DNA of 33,237 nucleotides from a bacterium (GTDB lineage Bacteria; Verrucomicrobiota; Kiritimatiellia; RFP12; UBA1067): NCBI GenBank assembly GCA_963618095.1, contig CAVERN010000002.1, positions 1 to 33,237 of the forward strand, read 5' to 3'. Shown piece by piece: positions 16,746 to 25,158 of this stretch (position 1 is its first letter; each line of letters starts with the position of its first letter). The notes under the pieces were generated by a model. It saw only the letters and a program-made list of their open reading frames with translations, ran no database searches and was not told where the DNA came from. The position numbers and the translations under genes were made by a program.

Positions 16746-16761
16746 GAGGAAATGTAATGGG

Positions 16762-19752
16762 CTAGCCGCAGTCGACCGCGGCGCCGGTCTCGTGGAGCAG
16801 AAGCTTCGCCGATATGCGCTCCGGCGGCAGCCCGGTGAGCGCGGACAGCGCGCTCCTGTACATGCGCATCTGCGCTCCGTACGCATCCCGCATCCGCCGC
16901 GCGAACGCGTCGACGCCCTCGCCGTCCCTCCGGGCGTTGGTCTTGAAGTCGTAGATGGTCGCATGGCGCGCGCCGCCGACGTCCGCAAACACGACCCGGT
17001 CGAACTGCCCCGACTGCCACACGTCGCCGAGGAGCACCTCGTACGGCCTCTCGCGCCACAGGGCCACGCACCCCTCCGGCTTCACGAGCGCCCGGTCGAA
17101 CGCCGTCGTCGCCTTCGCGGGGTCAACCCACTCGACCTCCGCGTACTGCGCATGGATCTCCACGCCCCTCTTCGCGGCCCGGCCAAAGCCCTCCGCGAAC
17201 AGGCCGTCGCCCCTCATCCCGGAATGGAACAGGCTGCTCGGGCGGGCCTTGCGCATCGCGCAGCGTCCTGCGCGGCGGAATCCGCCGGACGGCCTGCCGC
17301 CGGACGCCTCGCCGTCAGTCCCGCCGCCCTTCCTCTGCCCGACCTTCAGATACCACTCCCGGTCGCCGGACGTCGCCAGGCCGACGAGACGCACAAGATC
17401 GCTGAACTTCGCCGGCGGCTCCGAGGACGGCTTCTTCCGGGTCTGCTTCTTATCGGGGTGGAGTATCATGGTGAGCGCCATCTTGGCGCGCGTCATGGCG
17501 ACATACGCGAGGCAAAGCGAACCGTATCGCTGCACCTGCCGCCTTCTCCGCTCCGCGGCGGCGATCGCCGGGTCTCCGTCGGCGGCCCCCTTCCCGGGGT
17601 TGTCCAGAAGCCACTCGCCGTCTCCCTCCCCGCCCTCGAGCGGGCCGATGTGCTCGGGCCTGCCGCTGACCAGGCCGTCCGGCTCGTAGAACGGAATGAT
17701 CACGTGGTCGAATCCGAGGCCCTTGGACTGGTGCATCGTCATGATCCGCACCATGCCCGGCTCGGCGTAGTCGCGGCGCGTCTTGTTCTCGAGGTACGCC
17801 TTGAAGTCCGACAGCCTCATCGTCGCGTCGCGGCTCTCCTCGAACTCGGCGGCGCACTTTATGAAGTCCTCGAACCTCGCCTCCGTGAAGCCGTCCCACG
17901 AGCCCGGCAGGGACTTCAGCGCCTCGCGCACCTCGCGGAACTTCCGCACCATGCCGATGCGGGTGAAGTCCTCGAGGAGCCGGGCGGAGAGCTCCTCCGC
18001 GGGCGGGAGGCCGCCGGGGTACATCACCTTCGCGATCGGCGAGTGCCTGATGTGGGCGTACGCGAAGCCGTCGGCGGCGTGATCGGCGAGCCAGGCGAGC
18101 TCCACCATCGCGGACAGCACGAGCGAGTCCGACACGTGGCTGTCCCCCTCGAAGACCACGCGGTCGATTCCGCTCGCCTTGAGGTACGAGAGGATCTTCT
18201 CGCCGAAATCGTTCTTCCTCACGAGGATGGCCGCCGATATTCCGCGCTCCCACGGCCTCACGGCGAGGAGGGCGTTCCTGATCGGCTCGAAGAAGTCCGA
18301 CATGCTCGCAAGCGGCCTCCCCTCCGCCTTCTTCGCCTGGATCACCTCGACGAATCCGACGCTGTCCGTGGCGTGGCTGCGGTGCGGCCTGCATTCCCAC
18401 ACCGCGCCCGCGGGAGCGTCGTCCATGTCGAACGCCGAGCGGATGCTGGAATCGCCGAACACGGCGTTCACGGCGTCCGATATCGCCTGGCGATACCGGT
18501 ACGACTCGTCCAGCCGCTCGAGCGCGTTGCCCTTCTGCGCCGCGCGGCCCACCTGCTCGGAGAGTATCCGCGTGTCGCCGCCGCGCCATTCGTATATGGA
18601 CTGCTTCCTGTCGCCGACGATCAGCACGCTCCGCCCCGAGCCCGGCTGGCTGCTCTCGCTCGTCAGGTTCTCCACCGCCTTCCACTGGGCGCGGCTCGTG
18701 TCCTGGAACTCGTCCAGCGCCCAGTGCTCGAACTTCGCGTCGAGGCGGTACTCCAGGGGCAGCCTCACGCCCTCCGAGAGCGAGTTGACGAGGCGCGGCA
18801 GGTCGTCGAACGTTATGTTGCCCCGGGAAGTGACCTTCGCCTCGTACGCGGCGTCGTACGTGCGCATGAGGCGGAACAGGCCCTGCGTCACCTCAAGCGA
18901 CCTCGCGATCTTCCGCATGCGCATCAGGTGGAGCAGCCCCAGCGCCTCGGAGTCGTCCCCCAGGCCGCCCTTGAGGCTCGGGAGCGCTCCGCCCGAGAAC
19001 CGGGCGGCCTCGTCCAGGAGCGAATCCCACCCGCGCTCGCCGCGATGCCGCTCAAGCCCCCTCGCCATCTCGCGTATGTCGTCCAGGGAGACGTCGAGAT
19101 CCTTCGGCGGCTCGCCGCCCCATATCGTCCTGGGCGCCCCCCACGCCGAGGCGGAGGGCCGCTCCCTGTAGCGGGAGTGCCACTTCCTCACGAACTCGGA
19201 GAACCTCTCCCCGAAGCCGCGCGACCCCGCCGTGCCGGACACCAGCCGGAACGCCTCGCGGAACACCGCCTTGGCGTCCTCGGAGTCGAGCATCAGCATC
19301 TCCGAGACGAGGCGCTGGCGCTCCACCGGGCTGCGATAGTCGCTCATCACCGAGACCTCGCCGCCGAACCCGAGCTCGAGGGGGATCATGCGCACGATGC
19401 GCATCATGAAGCTGTCCAGCGTGCCGATGAGCGAGAGGTGCTGCCGGGATATGACCTTGCGCAGCATCGCCGTGAAGTCCGCCGTGGAGAGAGCGCGGCC
19501 CATCCTCTTGCTCTCCTCGGCGGCGACCTCCGGGCTGGAGGCCGCCCTCGAAAGCCGCTCGATGAAGCTGTTGAATATCTCGCCCGCCGCCATGCGCGAG
19601 AAGGTGAGCGCGACGATGCGCTCCGGCTCCACGCCGCCGAATATCAGCCTCAGCAGGCGCGTGACGAGCGAGAACGTCTTGCCGGTGCCGGCGGACGCCT
19701 CGATCACCGTCAGCGGCGGGAGCGCCGCGCTCACAGCCCCTCCTCCTCGCAC
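16762..19752 (-). CDS. addA: AddA-like UvrD-family helicase with a C-terminal PD-(D/E)XK nuclease
   Basis: There is no in-frame ATG before the Walker A motif. The start is GTG at 19752 (track) or GTG at 19734, which forms a GTGA overlap with the upstream stop. Walker A is LTVIEASAGTGKTFSL, and UvrD-like motifs follow (ALTFSRMAAGE, DEFQDTS, VGDRKQSIYEWRG). The C-terminal nuclease motifs are GQFDRVVF...ATIYDFKTN...GAQMRMYRSAL. Confidence 0.85.
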   Translation of the reverse strand: MRGGGAVSAALPPLTVIEASAGTGKTFSLVTRLLRLIFGGVEPERIVALTFSRMAAGEIFNSFIERLSRAASSPEVAAEESKRMGRALSTADFTAMLRKVISRQHLSLIGTLDSFMMRIVRMIPLELGFGGEVSVMSDYRSPVERQRLVSEMLMLDSEDAKAVFREAFRLVSGTAGSRGFGERFSEFVRKWHSRYRERPSASAWGAPRTIWGGEPPKDLDVSLDDIREMARGLERHRGERGWDSLLDEAARFSGGALPSLKGGLGDDSEALGLLHLMRMRKIARSLEVTQGLFRLMRTYDAAYEAKVTSRGNITFDDLPRLVNSLSEGVRLPLEYRLDAKFEHWALDEFQDTSRAQWKAVENLTSESSQPGSGRSVLIVGDRKQSIYEWRGGDTRILSEQVGRAAQKGNALERLDESYRYRQAISDAVNAVFGDSSIRSAFDMDDAPAGAVWECRPHRSHATDSVGFVEVIQAKKAEGRPLASMSDFFEPIRNALLAVRPWERGISAAILVRKNDFGEKILSYLKASGIDRVVFEGDSHVSDSLVLSAMVELAWLADHAADGFAYAHIRHSPIAKVMYPGGLPPAEELSARLLEDFTRIGMVRKFREVREALKSLPGSWDGFTEARFEDFIKCAAEFEESRDATMRLSDFKAYLENKTRRDYAEPGMVRIMTMHQSKGLGFDHVIIPFYEPDGLVSGRPEHIGPLEGGEGDGEWLLDNPGKGAADGDPAIAAAERRRRQVQRYGSLCLAYVAMTRAKMALTMILHPDKKQTRKKPSSEPPAKFSDLVRLVGLATSGDREWYLKVGQRKGGGTDGEASGGRPSGGFRRAGRCAMRKARPSSLFHSGMRGDGLFAEGFGRAAKRGVEIHAQYAEVEWVDPAKATTAFDRALVKPEGCVALWRERPYEVLLGDVWQSGQFDRVVFADVGGARHATIYDFKTNARRDGEGVDAFARRMRDAYGAQMRMYRSALSALTGLPPERISAKLLLHETGAAVDCG

Positions 19753-22496
19753 GCCATCTGCCTGGCCTTCTGGTCCGCGAGCCAGGCAGGGTCGAGCCCC
19801 TCTTCAAGCGGCTGCCACAGGAGGTCCTTGTAGTCGACGGCGCATCGCGAGGCCGGCGACGGCGGATAGAACACGCCCCTCGCGATCCTGGTGAGAAGCC
19901 TGAGCACCTCGTCCTCGCACGCGCTCTGGCCGCCCTCGTGGCGGGCGCTCTCCTCGGCGAACCGGACGTCCTCCGCCCTCTCGCCGAGGACGCAGTAGAA
20001 CGCCGCCGCCGAATGCGCCTTCGCCGGGTCGTACCGCCCGGAGGCCTCGACCATCGCCCGGTATATCGGCAGCTGCAGGCTGCCGCCGATCTTGGATTCG
20101 TCCATCCTCGCCCAGGTCTTGTAGTCTATGATCGCGAGCTCCCCCGTGCGCTCGTTCTCGTCCACCCTGTCGACCTTGCCGCGCAGCAGCGTGGGGCAGC
20201 CCTTTATCCTGCACTCGAGCGGCAGCTCCGAGTCGACGATCCTCCACCCCTGGGCGCGCCTCCTCGCCTGGTGCACGGAGAAGGCGCGCAGACGGTCGAT
20301 CGCGGCCTCGCCCTGAAGGGCTATCACCGTGGGGACGCTCTCTCCGAACCTCGAGAGCCTGCGCCACACGGCGTCCGCCAGGAAGGCGGCTATCTCCCCC
20401 GCGTCGACGGAGTCCTTCGGCCCGGACTTTGCCAGGTCGTCCAGCACGCCGTGGCACAGCGTGCCGAACTCCAGCGGGCCCAGCTCCTGGCTGACGTCGT
20501 CGGAGCGCTCCCCGAAGATCTCGCCCAGATAGAACCCGAACGGGCACTTGACGTATTCGTCGAGCGCCGACGGCGACATCCTCTCCCTGAACACGGTCCC
20601 CTTCGGCGGGAACGGGAGGCTAAGCCGCCACGCGGGCGGAAGCGACTTCGGCGGCGCGCTCCCGCACCCCTTGGTGATGGCGTAGAGGCGCATGGCGAGC
20701 CCCGGCAGGTCGCCGTCGCCGATCCCGTGGAAGAGTATGCGCGAGGGCTTGAGCACGCTCTTGTCGCCCGCCACCTGGTGCAGGTGCACCGACACCGCGC
20801 CGCGCGGGCGGCACGCCGCCGCCTCGCGGAGGATGAAGGAGTCGCGCATCTCGCGCCGCGCGTTCGTGGCCACTCCGAGCGCCTCGCGCAGCGAGTCCGG
20901 CACGAACGGATGGCCGACCACGCTCGCGGGCACGCACCCCTCGTTGAACCCGGCGACGACGAGCTCGTCCTCGGCGCACCACGGCACCTCAAGCCACCCG
21001 TTCGCGACGAGGATGCTGGGCGACAGCGGCTCCAGCATGTACGTGGACCTCTTCAGCAGCCTCAGGCACAGCATGGCGCGCAGGCGCTCCGGCACCAGCT
21101 CGCTCGCGCACGCCTCGCGAATCTCGCGCACCGTCTCGGCGGCGGCGACGAGCTCGCGGTCGGACGGGTTCTCCTCGTCGAGCACGAGCGTGGAGAACAC
21201 CTTCCCCACGAACCCGAACGGGTCGCGGATCTCGGCCTTCAGCGCCCGCGCCATGCGCAGCAGCCCCTCCACCGCGGTGCGCTCGGAGTCGTGCCACGCC
21301 TCCCGGGCGGCGGCCTCCATGCCGCGCATGGCGTCTTCTATCGTGCGCGGGAGGGACTGGTTCTGGACCGCGTCGAGCGCCCCCACGAACCGGGCGATCT
21401 CGCCGCGCGTGACGCCGAGGCGCTCCGCCGCCCACCGCGCCACGTCGCCGAAGCGCACGAGCGTGGCGAACGTCGCGTAGTCGTCGCGCACGGAGAGGCT
21501 GAACACGCAGAGCAGGAGCCGCCCCAGGGCGGACTGCGACAGCGCCGTCCGGGACGGATTGCGGAGCGCCAGCTCGTCGTTCGAGAAGTGGTTCTGGAAC
21601 GCGCCCTCCAGCTCCGGGTACATGTCCTGGTCGCACACCGCCAGGGCCGGCAGCGCCTCGGAGGCGCCGACCGACCTGAAATGCCGCGCGATGTCGTCCG
21701 CCTCGACTACTGCGGACGGCGCGGGGAGGATCGCGTCCGGAGAGATGTCGGCGCGGAAGATGGCGGCCGGGCGACCCCACTCGTCGAACATTCCCGCCTC
21801 CGACGGGTCGGCGTGTATCAGCGCGAACACGTCCTGCCGCGAGTTCCCGAGGTAGGCCACGAACGCCTCCTGCGCGTCCACGGCGCCCGGAAGCACGATC
21901 TCCTCCACGCCCGGCTCCAGGCATCCGGCCTCCGCCGCGCGCCTCCTCGACTCGCACCGCGCCATCACGCCCCTGCCCGAGAGCGCCCCGAGGAACGAAT
22001 CCTCGATCCTCGAGAGCTCCGCCCACCGCTGCGCGTCGGCGTCGCACCGGACGTCGCGCATGAGCAGGGCCTTCTCGCCGATGACGGAGTAGATGTCCAG
22101 GATGGACCCCGCCGTCTCGAGCGCCCACTCGGCGCTCCTGTCGGCAGGGGGGCGCGGGAACAGCGCCGGGAATGCGGAGAGGTCCGCATCGAGCAGGACC
22201 GATGCCATCGCGCACAGCTCCTCGGCCTCGGTCGCCACGCGCGCGTCCTTCGCCTGCAGCACGCAGCTGGCCATCGTGACGAGCGGGGCGAGCACGCCGC
22301 CCCAGCCGCGCTCCCTCGCCTTCTTCGCGAGCTCCAGCCGGAGGTTCCGCCCGCTCTGCGCCGTCGGCACCACGACCATCACGTGCGCCAGCGACTTGGC
22401 GCCGCCGGGGTCGTCGCGGACCCGTCCGCACAGCCACTCCGCCGCCGCGTCCACAAGCCTGCGCCGGGGGTCGAGATATGCCGTCTCACGCGACAT
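19731..22496 (-). CDS. addB: AddB-like PD-(D/E)XK nuclease subunit with an inactivated helicase-like N-terminus
   Basis: The track start at 22517 is a TTG. The first ATG is at 22496 (MSRETAYLDP...) and overlaps the rmuC 3' end by 11 nt. The N-terminal P-loop position reads VVVPTAQSGRNL, with no GxGKT. The C-terminal nuclease motifs are SPSALDEYVKCPFGFYL...LRGKVDRVDE...LAIIDYKTW...LQLPIYRAM. The gene order, addB-like followed by addA-like, is the canonical addBA arrangement. Confidence 0.8.
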   Translation of the reverse strand: MSRETAYLDPRRRLVDAAAEWLCGRVRDDPGGAKSLAHVMVVVPTAQSGRNLRLELAKKARERGWGGVLAPLVTMASCVLQAKDARVATEAEELCAMASVLLDADLSAFPALFPRPPADRSAEWALETAGSILDIYSVIGEKALLMRDVRCDADAQRWAELSRIEDSFLGALSGRGVMARCESRRRAAEAGCLEPGVEEIVLPGAVDAQEAFVAYLGNSRQDVFALIHADPSEAGMFDEWGRPAAIFRADISPDAILPAPSAVVEADDIARHFRSVGASEALPALAVCDQDMYPELEGAFQNHFSNDELALRNPSRTALSQSALGRLLLCVFSLSVRDDYATFATLVRFGDVARWAAERLGVTRGEIARFVGALDAVQNQSLPRTIEDAMRGMEAAAREAWHDSERTAVEGLLRMARALKAEIRDPFGFVGKVFSTLVLDEENPSDRELVAAAETVREIREACASELVPERLRAMLCLRLLKRSTYMLEPLSPSILVANGWLEVPWCAEDELVVAGFNEGCVPASVVGHPFVPDSLREALGVATNARREMRDSFILREAAACRPRGAVSVHLHQVAGDKSVLKPSRILFHGIGDGDLPGLAMRLYAITKGCGSAPPKSLPPAWRLSLPFPPKGTVFRERMSPSALDEYVKCPFGFYLGEIFGERSDDVSQELGPLEFGTLCHGVLDDLAKSGPKDSVDAGEIAAFLADAVWRRLSRFGESVPTVIALQGEAAIDRLRAFSVHQARRRAQGWRIVDSELPLECRIKGCPTLLRGKVDRVDENERTGELAIIDYKTWARMDESKIGGSLQLPIYRAMVEASGRYDPAKAHSAAAFYCVLGERAEDVRFAEESARHEGGQSACEDEVLRLLTRIARGVFYPPSPASRCAVDYKDLLWQPLEEGLDPAWLADQKARQMACEEEGL

Positions 22497-23661
22497 CCGT
22501 TCCGCCCTGCATGGCAAGCGAGACGCGCTTGCCGGTCGAGTTCGTGAGCCGGGCGAGCTCCTTCGCCGGCAGCATCACGTTCTGGGCGCCGGGCTCGTAG
22601 CCCACCTTGCGCATCGCCTCCCGGTACTGCCTCTGGGCGTCGTCCAGGGCCTTGCCGATCTTCTCGAGCGCCGCGAAGGCGGCGTCCAGGCGGGAGAGGA
22701 TCTGCTCGGCGCGCCTGCCGATGTCGACGTTGTTCCTGTCCACCTTCAGCCTGTCTATGCCGAGCTTGAAGAGCACGAGATACCCGAACAGCATCTGCGG
22801 CGAGGCGAGCACCACGTTCCGCGAGTTCGCGAACGATCCGATGGACGGGTCGGCGGAGAGCGCGGCGGCGTACGTGGCCTCGCTCGGCATCGCCATTATC
22901 ACGACCGGGGAGTATTCCGCCTCCGGATCGGAGTCCTTCTCCTTGAACCTCCTCGGGTACTCCTTGCCGGCGAGCCCGACGATCTGGCTGCGGACGCTGT
23001 GGGCGTGCTCCCTCATCAGGTCGTCCGCGTCGGACGTGCGCCCCTCGTCCGACGCCTGCACGGCGGAGAGGAACGCGTCGATGTTCACCTTCGCGTCTAT
23101 GAGGATCTTGCGGTGCTCGCCGTCGAACACGGTGAAGTCCGGAAGCCCCGCGTCGCGCGCGCCCTCCTGCTCCACGAAGTCCACGCCCCTCTTCAGGCCG
23201 GCGCCCTCCAGCGCGTTGCGGACGATCCCCTCGCCCCAGTTGCCCTGCCTCTTTGCGCCGCCCCTCAGCGCGGCGATGAAGTTCTCCGCCTGCTGGCCGA
23301 GGCTCTGGGCCTTCTGGCCGACCTCCCCCAGCTTAGACTTCAGCTCCGAGCCGAGCTGGACGTTGGCCTCGCGCGCCCTCTCCGCGGAGGCCTTGAAGTC
23401 CGCTATCCTCTCCTTCAGCGCGTCGAAGAGCGGCCTCACGTCCTGCGCGTTCTTCTCGGAGAGCGAACGCGCCTTCGCGTCGAGCTCCCTCCCGACCAGC
23501 GCGGTGAACTCGCTGCGGAGCGCGTCGATGGTCGCGTCGAACGTCCTGCGCTGCGCGTCATCCCTCGCGGCGCGCGCGCCGGAGAGGGCGCGAAGCGCCA
23601 GCCCGAGCGCGGCGGCGAGGGCGACTGCGACGCAGAGAAGCGCTATCGACGCGGCGACCAC
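22486..23661 (-). CDS. rmuC: DNA recombination protein RmuC
   Basis: The start is GTG at 23661; the nearby ATG at 23669 is out of frame. There is an N-terminal TM helix (VAASIALLCVAVALAAALGLAL) and a coiled-coil region. The RmuC core reads GNWGEGIVRNALEGAGL...VEQEG...LPDFTVFDGEHRKILIDAKVNIDAFL...MAMPSEATYAAAL. Confidence 0.85.
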   Translation of the reverse strand: MVAASIALLCVAVALAAALGLALRALSGARAARDDAQRRTFDATIDALRSEFTALVGRELDAKARSLSEKNAQDVRPLFDALKERIADFKASAERAREANVQLGSELKSKLGEVGQKAQSLGQQAENFIAALRGGAKRQGNWGEGIVRNALEGAGLKRGVDFVEQEGARDAGLPDFTVFDGEHRKILIDAKVNIDAFLSAVQASDEGRTSDADDLMREHAHSVRSQIVGLAGKEYPRRFKEKDSDPEAEYSPVVIMAMPSEATYAAALSADPSIGSFANSRNVVLASPQMLFGYLVLFKLGIDRLKVDRNNVDIGRRAEQILSRLDAAFAALEKIGKALDDAQRQYREAMRKVGYEPGAQNVMLPAKELARLTNSTGKRVSLAMQGGTDVA

Positions 23662-23679
23662 TTCGCCATTCCGCCCGGA

Positions 23680-25074
23680 TCAGGCCTTCGCGGCCTTTAT
23701 CTTCGCGGCCACGTCGAGCATGCGCACGTTGAGGTCCGCGAACGTGACGTCGGTGGAGTACACGTCCTTGTAGTAGGCGTACGCCTTCTCAAGGTCGCCG
23801 GACTGCTCCGCGCACAGGCCGAGCTGGTAGACGATCTTCTTCTTCAGGTCGTCCATCGTGGGGATCTGGTCGCGCGCGGTCTCGAGCTGCATCACGCCCA
23901 TGTCGATCTGGCCCTTGCGCACGAAGCACATGGCCAGGTAGTAGAGCGCCTCAAGGCGGTCCTTCGGGCTCTTCTGGGCGAGCTGGAGGTGCTGCACGGC
24001 CTCGTCGTAGTACTCGTAGGAGTAGTACTGGAGCCCGAGCTCGAAGTGCAGGTGGAGGTCGTTCGGGTAGCGCTCCACGCGGGCGGCGAGGTCGTCGAAC
24101 ACGAACTGGTTCTTCTCGGCCTCGAGCTCGTCCGCCTCGTCCGCCTTGCCGGCCGACTTCAGCGCCTCTATGCGGAACTCGTAGTCGGCGGTCCTGGTCG
24201 ACGAGAGCATGCGGTCCAGCTCGGGGTCGGAGCTGTTGATCGAGATCGCCTTCTCAAGCGTGGATATCGCCTCCGGGAAGCGCTTGTTCTGGGTGTAGAG
24301 GCGGGCCAGGGCGCGGTAGAAGTTCATGTTGCCCGGCTCCTTCTCGATCTGGGCCAGCTTCTCCGCGATGAGGGCGTCCGCGTCGTCCCCCACCACCATC
24401 GCCTTGTTCGCCTGGTCGAGCTTCTTGGCCTGCTCCTTGTTCGCGAGGAGCTGCTGGAAGCCGCCCTTCTTGCCGACGGCGTCGTTCCACCCGGCGGACA
24501 TCGTGGCCTGGGCCTCCGTGTTCTTCAGGAGCTGGAGGATGCGCTGGTCGCCGGGCTTGAGCTCGGCGAGCTTCTGGTAGGCGTCGCGCGCCTTGTCGAA
24601 CCTCTTGGCGATGGTGTAGTAGGTGGCCACCCGCTCGAGGAGCGCGGGGTCGTTGTTCCCGCAGTTGTACGCGGCCTCTATCGTCATCGCCGCGGCCTCG
24701 GGCCTGCCGGCGGACTCTGCCGCCTTCACGGCGCACTCGATGTTGTTCGGGTCGAGCGGGTTCTGCTGCAGAAGCTTCTCCGCCTCGGCCATGGCCTCGG
24801 CCCCACTGCCCTTCTTCGCCAGGGCGAGCACCTTCTGCCGGGCGAAGTAGCCGCCGACCCCCTGGAGCTTCAGCGAGAGGGCGCTGGGCGGGGCGCTGCG
24901 GAACTTGCCTATCTGCGCGGCGCGCAGCATCCTGCGCGTCTCGAGCGCGTCGGGCGCAATCGCAAGCGACTGCATGAGCATCTCGATCGCCAGATCGAAC
25001 TTCCTGGCCTCCAGGGCCTGCCTGCCCCTGTTCGTGAAATTCTGGGCCTTCTGGGCCATTGCGTCGCTCGCCAT
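23680..25074 (-). CDS. Tetratricopeptide-repeat (TPR) protein, function unknown
   Basis: Repeated TPR-like helix pairs are visible, for example FDLAIEMLMQSLAIAPD, FDKARDAYQKLAELKPGD, FPEAISTLEKAISINSSDP, YDEAVQHLQLAQKSP and LEKAYAYYKDVYSTD. The track start (25140) precedes two ATGs at 25083 and 25074. I chose 25074 because GGAAAGG lies about 10 nt upstream of it. Confidence 0.7.
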   Translation of the reverse strand: MASDAMAQKAQNFTNRGRQALEARKFDLAIEMLMQSLAIAPDALETRRMLRAAQIGKFRSAPPSALSLKLQGVGGYFARQKVLALAKKGSGAEAMAEAEKLLQQNPLDPNNIECAVKAAESAGRPEAAAMTIEAAYNCGNNDPALLERVATYYTIAKRFDKARDAYQKLAELKPGDQRILQLLKNTEAQATMSAGWNDAVGKKGGFQQLLANKEQAKKLDQANKAMVVGDDADALIAEKLAQIEKEPGNMNFYRALARLYTQNKRFPEAISTLEKAISINSSDPELDRMLSSTRTADYEFRIEALKSAGKADEADELEAEKNQFVFDDLAARVERYPNDLHLHFELGLQYYSYEYYDEAVQHLQLAQKSPKDRLEALYYLAMCFVRKGQIDMGVMQLETARDQIPTMDDLKKKIVYQLGLCAEQSGDLEKAYAYYKDVYSTDVTFADLNVRMLDVAAKIKAAKA

Positions 25075-25111
25075 ACAAACCATGCCTTTCCTGAAAGAGA
25101 AAATCCCCCGC

Positions 25112-25140
25112 ACTTTACCACAAACCGCCTGGCCTTTCAA
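25112..25140 (-). promoter_or_regulatory. Candidate promoter for TPR-rmuC-addB-addA (TTGAAA-N17-TAAAGT, with TGG immediately upstream of the -10)
   Basis: The minus strand reads GCTTGAAAGGCCAGGCGGTTTGTGGTAAAGTGCGGGGG. The -35 is at 25140-25135 and the -10 at 25117-25112, 38 nt upstream of the ATG at 25074. It lies in the 84-nt gap after the oxidoreductase stop (25161-25159). Confidence 0.4.
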
Positions 25141-25158
25141 GCGGCCCGCGGGCGGACG

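Noticed and set aside
25144-25153. The GC palindrome GCCCGCGGGC just after the oxidoreductase stop, considered as a possible terminator.
   Set aside because: The perfect palindrome leaves no loop, so at best it forms a 3-bp stem. No U-tract follows, and it sits immediately upstream of, and abuts, the -35 of the putative TPR promoter. It is not convincing as an intrinsic terminator.
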